From a virus, in IMG/VR virus record IMGVR_UViG_3300035666_000002: a stretch of 64,000 nt of DNA, one strand, 5' to 3'. The position numbers and the translations under genes are program-made. Below, one piece after another: positions 1 to 7,965 of this stretch (position 1 is the first letter of the stretch; every line of letters begins with the position of its first letter). The notes beneath the pieces are model-generated. The model did no database searches and was not told where the DNA came from. It saw only the letters and a list, made by a program, of their open reading frames with translations.

Positions 1-140
1 GGCATCTTACACATTTCTTTATCCCAATTCTTAGGGTCTTGACAAGGATATCTAAAACGATCCCCACCAAATATCGCAAGTGTAAGAGGAAGTAATAATA
101 AAATAAGAAGCCCAAGAAATAGTTTTCTATCGCTCACCAT
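1..140 (-). CDS. Small membrane/exported protein, runs off the window edge (lysis-region protein)
   Basis: Manually translated: MVSDRKLFLGLLILLLLPLTLAIFGGDRFRYPCQDPKNWDKEMCKM. Hydrophobic N-terminus; ATG abuts the endolysin stop; not in the ORF track. Confidence 0.7.
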   Translation of the reverse strand, partial: MVSDRKLFLGLLILLLLPLTLAIFGGDRFRYPCQDPKNWDKEMCKM

Positions 141-761
141 TTATACCCCCAGAACGTGTAGAGCATGTTCGTAATGTTTAATACGATCATCTAAACCTAT
201 CGTCCCACCATTGATTCTTTTTGTTAATGTAAGAATATCACCTTTGTCAGCCCATTGATTGAGTTTGTTGCTTTCCCAAAACCAACAAGCAGATTGTGCA
301 GCACCTTCAAATGTTGTTAGATACTCGGAAGCTTCTTCTGGAGATATTTCAAGTGATGCAGCAAACCAAGTATAATTATGTCTACCAGTAAGTTGAATTA
401 ATCCACGCCCTCTAAAACGATAGCCATCACCTGATGCTTCATCACCATTACCCATACGGCTTGCATAGATTCTATTTGCTATTGCTTCTTGTTTGTTTGA
501 ACGATTTGCGTAATCTTGTGCGATTGCATCATCTGGAAAATATTTTGGAAATACTTTTCTCAATGATTGCCAACGATAGTTCAAATTCTCAACCAGTGCA
601 GTAAATCCTGCGGATTCGTGAGCACATTGCGCTATGAATGCAGCCATTCTGTGTGGTGTATTAATCTCGTAGTCAGGAAATAATTGTTCAAGTGCCTTGT
701 GCCAGTGTGAGACATAAGGATTCTTTGGCAATAATTGTTTTAATTGTTCTTGTGTAATCAT
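141..761 (-). CDS. Glycoside hydrolase family 19 (chitinase-like) endolysin
   Basis: AAFIAQCAHES, ENLNY, YRFRGRGLIQLTGRHNY and TKRINGG motifs typical of phage GH19 lysins. Confidence 0.93.
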   Translation of the reverse strand: MITQEQLKQLLPKNPYVSHWHKALEQLFPDYEINTPHRMAAFIAQCAHESAGFTALVENLNYRWQSLRKVFPKYFPDDAIAQDYANRSNKQEAIANRIYASRMGNGDEASGDGYRFRGRGLIQLTGRHNYTWFAASLEISPEEASEYLTTFEGAAQSACWFWESNKLNQWADKGDILTLTKRINGGTIGLDDRIKHYEHALHVLGV

Positions 762-1021
762 TTGACATCCTCAAAAATCTTTTTTTGTACTTTATACCAT
801 TCAATCCATGCTTTAGATTTCAATGAGCAGTCATGATATAACATATAATTATCAGTTACAGTTTTTGCAATATCACTCAATTTAACTTCTGTTTCTAATT
901 TTTTAAGTTCCGCGCAAGGCTCAAGCAACATATCCGGTGCAGTAGGAAATTTAGGTTTTATTGGCACTGGCGTAGAACATCCCGCTAATAATAAAAGTGT
1001 GCATAATAAAACAATTCTCAT
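758..1021 (-). CDS. Outer-membrane lipoprotein spanin (Rz1/o-spanin-like)
   Basis: Lipobox LLLAGC followed by a Pro-rich segment; adjacent to the endolysin. Confidence 0.75.
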   Translation of the reverse strand: MRIVLLCTLLLLAGCSTPVPIKPKFPTAPDMLLEPCAELKKLETEVKLSDIAKTVTDNYMLYHDCSLKSKAWIEWYKVQKKIFEDVK

Positions 1022-1452
1022 TGTATTTTCTCTGCTGCTTTATTGTGTACATCTACGAATGCAGGAGGTATTTCACATTTATTATCAAATTTAACAACTT
1101 CGCGGTCAACGTACTGGATAATATCTTTACCTTTTTCTTTTATAACTTTCTGTTGAACTACAACTTTTTCAACAATCTTAACTGTTTCAACTGCACCTTT
1201 TGCTTCTGCTTCAGCAAGTTTAGCTTCAACTTCTTTTACTTTTGCAAGCCACGATTCATTGTTTGCTATTGAACCCGCCATATAAACACCAATGACAATA
1301 AAAATAACCGATACGATTTGTATCGGAGCTTTGTACATGTAAAGTGCGGGGATTGGAATGAATTTAAGCAAATAGGTTATTAAGAAACCTATTACACCTA
1401 TAAACAGTATTGCGTAGAATATCCAGTTAGGAAGCCACTCTAATATCCACAT
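1018..1452 (-). CDS. Inner-membrane spanin-like protein (Rz/i-spanin-like)
   Basis: N-terminal TM helices, coiled-coil and a C-terminal Cys (KCEIP); directly upstream of the lipoprotein. Confidence 0.65.
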   Translation of the reverse strand: MWILEWLPNWIFYAILFIGVIGFLITYLLKFIPIPALYMYKAPIQIVSVIFIVIGVYMAGSIANNESWLAKVKEVEAKLAEAEAKGAVETVKIVEKVVVQQKVIKEKGKDIIQYVDREVVKFDNKCEIPPAFVDVHNKAAEKIQ

Positions 1453-1790
1453 TACCGCCCTCGACCATATCTAAGGTACATCATTGCGCCTGTCTGTTCA
1501 TCTTCAAGTACAATGCCTTCTTTCCAGTTTTTATTTGCATATTCTGAAATCTCTTTTGCAATTACTGGATCACCTAGATACGATTCGAATCGTGCATACT
1601 TTCGTTTGAGCATTCTTGCCATTACGAAATTTTTTGTTGGAACTTTAAATACTCTAGAACCTGCAAACTTCTTTTTAATTCCAGGTTCTGCTTGATTGGG
1701 TAGATTTGGATTAGGAACACCAATACCAGCAATCGCACCACCGGCGACTGCATTTGTTGGTACTGCATCTTCTTTAATCTTCATTTGCAA
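1452..1790 (-). CDS. Conserved T4-like hypothetical protein (possible virion protein)
   Basis: IKEDAVPTNAV start and C-terminal IVLEDEQTGAMMYLR, recalled from T4-like phages. Confidence 0.6.
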   Translation of the reverse strand: MQMKIKEDAVPTNAVAGGAIAGIGVPNPNLPNQAEPGIKKKFAGSRVFKVPTKNFVMARMLKRKYARFESYLGDPVIAKEISEYANKNWKEGIVLEDEQTGAMMYLRYGRGR

Positions 1791-2001
1791 ACCTAAATGT
1801 TGTGTCTTTATTTCTTCTATTCATTGTATAGTTTGTTTGCAATCTAATTTCTGGATTTTGAAATGTCCAGCATTGCCCATTATCATCTAGAAACACCACC
1901 CATTCAATATGGTGTTCTTGACTTCTCTCTATCATAAAAAATGCCCATCCGCTTCCTTTTGGTGTCACCATCGGTATCGGTGGGTTCAACTGAATCATCA
2001 T
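1774..2001 (-). CDS. Hypothetical protein
   Basis: 75-aa ORF tightly packed within the operon. Confidence 0.6.
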   Translation of the reverse strand: MMIQLNPPIPMVTPKGSGWAFFMIERSQEHHIEWVVFLDDNGQCWTFQNPEIRLQTNYTMNRRNKDTTFRFANED

Positions 2002-2393
2002 ATAATATTATTCCTCAATACTTCTGCTATTCTCATATCAACTGGAATATCCGAAGAGTGAATATCTCTTCCTTTTATTCCTTTTACTACATTCGGCATA
2101 TTATTTAGAAATAACAAATACGTTTTTAACGCTGAATAATCATCTTCAATAATTTTATAGAACAACATTCTTGTCGCAGGTTCAACTCCAAACACATTAT
2201 ATAAAACAATCAAATGATTTATTACAAGTCTCTCTTTTAACTCACCTTCTTTTCTATACCTACGAAAAAGCCTCTTCAAATAATTGAACTTCTTCATGTC
2301 TTCTCTAAACTCACTCATTATGCAATTAGGTTTGTCATATGCTTTAATTGCATACATGACAAAATTGTCACTTGTTAAATCATCAAAAGACAT
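1998..2393 (-). CDS. Conserved T4-like phage hypothetical protein
   Basis: NFVMYAIKAYDKP...LKRLFRRY...LKERLVINHLIVLYNVFG, recalled as a conserved cyano/pelagi-myophage family. Confidence 0.8.
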   Translation of the reverse strand: MSFDDLTSDNFVMYAIKAYDKPNCIMSEFREDMKKFNYLKRLFRRYRKEGELKERLVINHLIVLYNVFGVEPATRMLFYKIIEDDYSALKTYLLFLNNMPNVVKGIKGRDIHSSDIPVDMRIAEVLRNNII

Positions 2394-2779
2394 TATTTCT
2401 CAGATTCGCCTTCGACTCCTGAATTTAGCATCTCTTCTGCACCTTCTTCATCAGTCACTTCAGCGTAAAAATCGTAATAACCATCATCGGTTGGATAATA
2501 CAGAATGTAAATATACTTATCTGTACCATCAATAGCTTCAACTATTTCTTCTCCTTCAGAACTTAAATCATATATTGGATGAAAATCTAAATTTTCAACC
2601 ATGAGTATTTTTCTGACCAAAGTAATTCCAGTTTCTGGTGTGTAAACTGGATCTTCCAATACAACATTCAACATCAGATTCAACTTTTCAACAACCGAAG
2701 AGTCTAATGAAGATGAATCTACCGGCACATCACCGGTAGATTGCTCATAATCTTCTTTAATAAAGTTTTTAAAATTCAT
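2393..2779 (-). CDS. Acidic hypothetical protein with capsid-targeting-like N-terminus
   Basis: Starts MNFKNFIKE. Confidence 0.65.
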   Translation of the reverse strand: MNFKNFIKEDYEQSTGDVPVDSSSLDSSVVEKLNLMLNVVLEDPVYTPETGITLVRKILMVENLDFHPIYDLSSEGEEIVEAIDGTDKYIYILYYPTDDGYYDFYAEVTDEEGAEEMLNSGVEGESEK

Positions 2780-3369
2780 CAGCTATCTTTAAAAATCGTA
2801 TCATCGGAAGCATCAACAATACCTTGAGTTCCGATAGTACCCATAGCAACAAGAGTTTCGACTTGCGTTCTACCTGCACGACCACCCATTGTTATCGTGA
2901 TAGCAACGTTAGAGTTAGCAACTGTACCTACAACTGGAGAACGTTCGTAGTTACCACCACTATTGATTTGAATACCGGTGATTAACCCTGTTGTAGCATT
3001 TGCAACGATTTGTGCATTGGCTGCTGTTGTTCCTGTACCACCACCAGTAAATGTCAAATAAACTGTACCAGTAATCGAATCTGGTGAATAAGAATTCGCA
3101 TTTGCAGTGAGTGATGCAATAGGACCTGTTCCTTTCATTACAGCAACCCAACCAGCATGTTGCGGTTTGACATTGCTTGTTTGTGCGACGGACTGTTCAG
3201 TAACGTCAACACCGAAGATACCGACAGTACCTTTGTATCCTGTTTGAAACGCGCCGATTTGTGTATTACCAAATACTGTCTCACCATTGGCGCTTGCTGC
3301 AATACCAGTAGAAATACCGGTAAATTTTGGTGCAGCATTAGCTGAATCTGATTTTGCCCAAAGTGACAT
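2779..3369 (-). CDS. Putative virion structural protein
   Basis: G/T/A/N-rich beta-type sequence (MSLW...HAGWV...ETLVAM); own late promoter and AAGGAG RBS. Confidence 0.65.
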   Translation of the reverse strand: MSLWAKSDSANAAPKFTGISTGIAASANGETVFGNTQIGAFQTGYKGTVGIFGVDVTEQSVAQTSNVKPQHAGWVAVMKGTGPIASLTANANSYSPDSITGTVYLTFTGGGTGTTAANAQIVANATTGLITGIQINSGGNYERSPVVGTVANSNVAITITMGGRAGRTQVETLVAMGTIGTQGIVDASDDTIFKDS

Positions 3370-3390
3370 TTAAAATCTCCTTATTTTTTA

Positions 3391-3398
3391 TATTTATG
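3391..3398 (-). promoter_or_regulatory. T4-type late promoter (CATAAATA)
   Basis: One mismatch to TATAAATA, in the intergenic gap upstream of the RBS. Confidence 0.6.
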
Positions 3399-3401
3399 AG
3401 T

Positions 3402-4850
3402 TTATACTTTTACGATTTGTGAAGAGAGTTCAGGTTCAGATTGAAAAGTTTCTGGCTTTTCTTTTTTATTATCTTTACCTTTTTTAGCTAAATCTTTTAC
3501 CATACCTGCCGTCTTTGAAAGGCTTCTTTTAGCAGCAGTGTTCACTTTATCTTCAGCGTCTTCTGGCTCCATATTTTCTTTGATTCCAGCTTGTCTTTTC
3601 GCTGCGGCTTTAGCTAGTTCTTTAACCCTCTGCATAGGATCTTTTTTATTTTCTGAAGAAACTATTGTGGGATTCTTAAAAGGAACTTTTGGCTGACCAG
3701 ATATGAAACGACCCTCATGTGCACCGGATGCTGTAGCTTGTTCGGTAGCCATTTTGATACCTTTTTGTCTACGAGCAATAATATTTTTAGCAAAACTTCC
3801 ATATTCACCTTTTACATGAGGCTTTAATTCTTTAACTTCTGCTTTAGCCTTTTGAACATAAGATTTTTTTGTTTCTTGACTGATTTCATCAAGTTGTTCA
3901 ACTTCTTCTTTTTTCATTCTTTCACGCTTTGCAGCAGCAGTTTCTTTGCCAGATTTAGTGAAACCATATTTTGCATATTTGCCGCTTGCAAGATCATGAG
4001 CATAAGTTCCTGGTGCAGCCGGTGCTTTAATATTCTTTCTGGGTGTCACAATAATTTCACTCTCTTTAATCTCAGCTTGCTTCAAAATGCCTTTCACTAA
4101 AGGAGCTTTTAATTGTTTGTGACGAGGAACGGAAATATGATGTTCAGCTTCAGAATGTGTGTATACATCATGGCTGCCTGATGATCTCGACAACTTCCAT
4201 CCTTTTTTCTTCAAATGGGAATGAACTGCGCGAGTATCCATATTTGCACCAGGCATCTCATCGAGTTGTTCAACTTCTTCACTTACAGACTTCCAGCCAC
4301 CACCTTTTGATTTGTACCACTTAGCAGCCCAACCATTTGCGTAAGCAGAAGGATACACATCAAATTTAGATTTAGCTAGTGCTTTTGCGCGGGACCACAA
4401 TGCAGGATTTGTTGGTGCATTTTTTTCTTCGAGATATTCAACTTCTTCATTCATCGCAGATTTTGCTGCTTCAATAGAAGTGTAATATTTTTGTTTTTTG
4501 CCATTTTTATATAACGCAAATGCATCTTCACCATATTTTTCAATATGATTTTCACCTTTTTTGAATACAACTTCACCACCCGACTCTTTAATGTATTCTT
4601 CGTTCATTTCAGCAGTCATATAGTTTGCAACTGTAGAAATATAATCTTCAGCTAAAGTAATCTTAGACTGGCACCATTCAGGCAAATTAGTGTTTGGCTC
4701 TAGCATATCATGAAGACGTTGAGCATTATGCATGATACTACGAAGATCGGACATAGCCATATCACCTTCGTAGTCGTACTCGCCTCTATCTTCATCCTTG
4801 GATTCGGTGATGCCTCTCACCGAATCTGCAACTTTCGAAAATTTTTTCAT
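3402..4850 (-). CDS. Putative internal-head polyprotein containing a HicA-like RNase module
   Basis: Basic modules separated by EEVEQLDE/IKE/LEE linkers; HicA signature GW..SRSSGSH..Y.H...ISVPRH...ILKQA. Confidence 0.75.
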   Translation of the reverse strand: MKKFSKVADSVRGITESKDEDRGEYDYEGDMAMSDLRSIMHNAQRLHDMLEPNTNLPEWCQSKITLAEDYISTVANYMTAEMNEEYIKESGGEVVFKKGENHIEKYGEDAFALYKNGKKQKYYTSIEAAKSAMNEEVEYLEEKNAPTNPALWSRAKALAKSKFDVYPSAYANGWAAKWYKSKGGGWKSVSEEVEQLDEMPGANMDTRAVHSHLKKKGWKLSRSSGSHDVYTHSEAEHHISVPRHKQLKAPLVKGILKQAEIKESEIIVTPRKNIKAPAAPGTYAHDLASGKYAKYGFTKSGKETAAAKRERMKKEEVEQLDEISQETKKSYVQKAKAEVKELKPHVKGEYGSFAKNIIARRQKGIKMATEQATASGAHEGRFISGQPKVPFKNPTIVSSENKKDPMQRVKELAKAAAKRQAGIKENMEPEDAEDKVNTAAKRSLSKTAGMVKDLAKKGKDNKKEKPETFQSEPELSSQIVKV

Positions 4851-4852
4851 AC

Positions 4853-6259
4853 TTAGTCCTTCTTAGCCATTTTGGTAGCAGTAGCGTACATAACTTCTTT
4901 TGCTCTTTCACCATAACGCTGTTTGAATCCTTCAAGCCCCTTTTTCATAGACTTGACATATTTCTCGCGCTTTTCCATTTCACCTGAAGATAATGTGCGC
5001 TCATCAATTTGTTCGACTTCTTCTTTATTTAATTTACCGGTGCCTCTTACGACACCTCTGGAACCAGCACCAATACCCATTTTTTTAGTAGCTAATTCCA
5101 TACCTGACCTTCTTTTGGCAAATCTAGCTTGATGAGGATCTCTCATTTTCTGGATTTCATCGGAAGCTTTTGAGAGAGCCTTGTGTACGGCAGGTGCGTT
5201 TGTTTTGGAAATAGGATTAGCACCTCTCATTCCTGGAGCACCCTTATTAGTATTTGCCATTAAACGTTTTACTTTTTGATGTTCTATACCTAACTTATTA
5301 TCTTTGTCAAAGGCATCATACTGATCCTTTGCAGCAGCCTTTTTATAACGACTTAAAAGGTTTTTAGATAATTCATCTAATTGTTGATACTCTTCAGTTT
5401 GCATGAAGTTTTCGATATCTTCAATAGTAAATGTTTGTTCAACCGATTCTTGTTTTACAGCCTGAACTGCGGGCTTTGCAACTTCAGCTTTTGCTTTACC
5501 CTGAGATTTATCTTGTGCTTTCTTGATTTCAGCATTGAACTCATCTTGTGAAGCTTCTTCTTTGATTGGATGAAAACCCATCTCTGCATGTCTTTTTCTA
5601 TTTTCTGGAGTATCAACGATAACTTTTTCTCTTCCAGATGTCTTATGAACAAGCATAACTGTTTTTTGTTTTTTCTTTACTGGACCTAAATCATCACTCT
5701 CGGCAATTTCAACTTCTTCTTTTTTCAAACCACCGCGAGCTTCAGCCGATTTAAGCATTGCGATACGATCACGATAACCACCGGTCCCTGACTTCATGTG
5801 CTTAGAGGCTTCCATCTCACCTTTAGTAGGATTCTTGATGTGCTTCATTGTAGTTTTAGCTTGATGACTTTGTGCTTCATCAACCTGCTCAACTTCTTCT
5901 TTCTTCATTCCAGGTTCTTTTTGTGGTGCGCTCCCTGCTTTACCTTTAACTAAAGTACCTTTAGCTTGACGAGCTAGGAATTTAGCAGCACGTTCATCAT
6001 GACCAGGCATCAAACTTGTCATTGGAACTTTACCTTCAGGAGCCTTACGTTCATTTTCTGGATTGTCATAGCCTTTACCTTTGACAACTGCTTCCTTAAC
6101 TGGCTTATGACCAGCACGAAGTTTGGATAGATCGCCAGCATCAATCTTGTGTTTTGGTTCACTCATCTTAGCAATAGCTTTCTGTTTTGATGAAAGTTCT
6201 GCTTCCATGACTTGTTTTACTGCCTCTGCTACTGATTTTAGAATCTTATCGTTATACAT
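4853..6259 (-). CDS. Putative internal-head polyprotein (Lys-rich modules)
   Basis: Linkers EEVEQVDE, EEVEIAE, EEYQQLDE and EEVEQIDE. Confidence 0.7.
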   Translation of the reverse strand: MYNDKILKSVAEAVKQVMEAELSSKQKAIAKMSEPKHKIDAGDLSKLRAGHKPVKEAVVKGKGYDNPENERKAPEGKVPMTSLMPGHDERAAKFLARQAKGTLVKGKAGSAPQKEPGMKKEEVEQVDEAQSHQAKTTMKHIKNPTKGEMEASKHMKSGTGGYRDRIAMLKSAEARGGLKKEEVEIAESDDLGPVKKKQKTVMLVHKTSGREKVIVDTPENRKRHAEMGFHPIKEEASQDEFNAEIKKAQDKSQGKAKAEVAKPAVQAVKQESVEQTFTIEDIENFMQTEEYQQLDELSKNLLSRYKKAAAKDQYDAFDKDNKLGIEHQKVKRLMANTNKGAPGMRGANPISKTNAPAVHKALSKASDEIQKMRDPHQARFAKRRSGMELATKKMGIGAGSRGVVRGTGKLNKEEVEQIDERTLSSGEMEKREKYVKSMKKGLEGFKQRYGERAKEVMYATATKMAKKD

Positions 6260-6279
6260 GGTTGCCCCTTTTTAAGTTT

Positions 6280-7596
6280 TTATCTAGTAACTTCTTCCCA
6301 GTCCATAGAACCATATATGTCTGCACCATTGGAACTTGCGGCTGCGACTAAGGTTAATTCATATGGAGTGTTTGTCAAACCGTTTCTTTCTAACTGAAAT
6401 TTGAATAATGCTTCTTTTAGAATATCAATTGGTGCTGATGCTTGATTAGTTGATGCAGTAAAACCTGAAGCTAAAACTCTACCACCAGTAACCGATCCAC
6501 CATCTATCTTATATTCTACCGCAGAATTATCTCCAGCACTCACCCATGTTCCACCACCAGAGGTATTCGCACCTGCTCTTACTTGCCAATTGTAATATGC
6601 ATTTGAAATTCCCAAAATTGATAATGCTGTTAAAATAACAATCGCATCCAAACGATTAGGTGTTGTTTTTAATCTTATTGAAATAACAGGATAATATGTT
6701 CCTGCTGTGGGCAAATCTACTGGTGATGTAATTGGTACTTGAACTGCTTGTTGTGAGCCAAACAATTCATATCCTCCTTCAGACATTATAGAGGAACAAA
6801 TCTGACTCAGTGTTGAATTACTTGTGGTTATACCTGTATTTTTTATTTCGATTCTTAAAGGTAATGATGCCGTTGTCATATAAGGCACAGTATTTCTATT
6901 ATCATTGTGGAATATATGCACTGGTATCATTTTTCCATCCACAACAAAACCACAACGAACATCACCAACACCTAACCATTCAATGTCCATCCAAAAAATA
7001 TTTGTTTTACTTACATCCAATCCATTAACGTGTTCGGGACCACCAATTTGTGTTGAATAACCAGTACCATCAAACTTATCAATATTCCAATTAGATTGTG
7101 ACACTCTTGTTTCTGTGACTGTGCTTGAAGTATTTGACCTTAACACAAGATAATTTGTTGTGCCATCATTCTCTAAGTATATACCATTGCTTTGATTATA
7201 ATAACCAATTCTCTGACGAAGATTTGCTTTTGGTGCATTCATCGTAACAGAATTCAAAATTAACAGAGATTTACCTGGCTGATATGAAAACACCTTTGTT
7301 GTTTCTCGAATCACCTCAGCATTTGCAGTTGTACCAATAGTCAAATCAATTGTACTTTGATTCTCTACAAAAGTAACCGAACTGTTACCTGCGGTGTTTG
7401 CCGATACCCATAAACCATTATCAGAAAATCTGTGTGAACTATCAAAGAGTGTAAATGGTTGTGAAAAACGTAAACGCCCGAATGCATCCACCATAGCACC
7501 AGATGGTGTTAGACTATCAGACAACATATTCACCTCATAACGGGTGAATACTTGCCCCGAGTCTATTTTATTTTTATCGGTCCTAAACTGTGCCAT
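6280..7596 (-). CDS. Putative virion structural protein, beta-sandwich/lectin-like
   Basis: DAFGRLR...SYQPGKS...WLGVG motifs; S/T/N/G-rich. Confidence 0.55.
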   Translation of the reverse strand: MAQFRTDKNKIDSGQVFTRYEVNMLSDSLTPSGAMVDAFGRLRFSQPFTLFDSSHRFSDNGLWVSANTAGNSSVTFVENQSTIDLTIGTTANAEVIRETTKVFSYQPGKSLLILNSVTMNAPKANLRQRIGYYNQSNGIYLENDGTTNYLVLRSNTSSTVTETRVSQSNWNIDKFDGTGYSTQIGGPEHVNGLDVSKTNIFWMDIEWLGVGDVRCGFVVDGKMIPVHIFHNDNRNTVPYMTTASLPLRIEIKNTGITTSNSTLSQICSSIMSEGGYELFGSQQAVQVPITSPVDLPTAGTYYPVISIRLKTTPNRLDAIVILTALSILGISNAYYNWQVRAGANTSGGGTWVSAGDNSAVEYKIDGGSVTGGRVLASGFTASTNQASAPIDILKEALFKFQLERNGLTNTPYELTLVAAASSNGADIYGSMDWEEVTR

Positions 7597-7599
7597 TTA

Positions 7600-7965
7600 T
7601 CAGCAATTCCAACGGCGTAGAGCCTTGTTAATTGGGCTATCCGGGTCTCTCGCATTTTCTGGATTAGTCAAACGCTTTTTCATACCACCCATTCTTGAGC
7701 AGAAAGATTTGCGGCGTGATGCTCTCTTACCAGTTGGATTCTTTTCAGTGACAGCAGTTTTTAACTTAGAACCAGGATTCTCACGACGATATGCATTTAC
7801 AGCCTTTTGTGAAAGACCATCAGTTCTATCAGCCTTGTTTACTTTTTGCCAATCTTCGTTGACTTCTTCTTTCACACAAGAACCTGGAGAGTATGGCTTT
7901 TTACCCGGTACTGGTTTATGCCCAGGCCAGCATCTCTCTGCGATAAAATCTTTATAGCGTTTCAT
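7600..7965 (-). CDS. Basic putative internal protein (CWxG module plus RRKSFCSRM module, DUF6321-like)
   Basis: MKRYKDFIAE N-terminus; VKEEVNE linker; RRKSFCSRM...ALRRWNC. Confidence 0.65.
   Translation of the reverse strand: MKRYKDFIAERCWPGHKPVPGKKPYSPGSCVKEEVNEDWQKVNKADRTDGLSQKAVNAYRRENPGSKLKTAVTEKNPTGKRASRRKSFCSRMGGMKKRLTNPENARDPDSPINKALRRWNC

Noticed and set aside
3886-5899. CRISPR-like array from the 23-nt repeats
   Set aside because: Repeats are degenerate, in-frame coding, irregularly spaced hundreds of nt apart, and no cas genes are present
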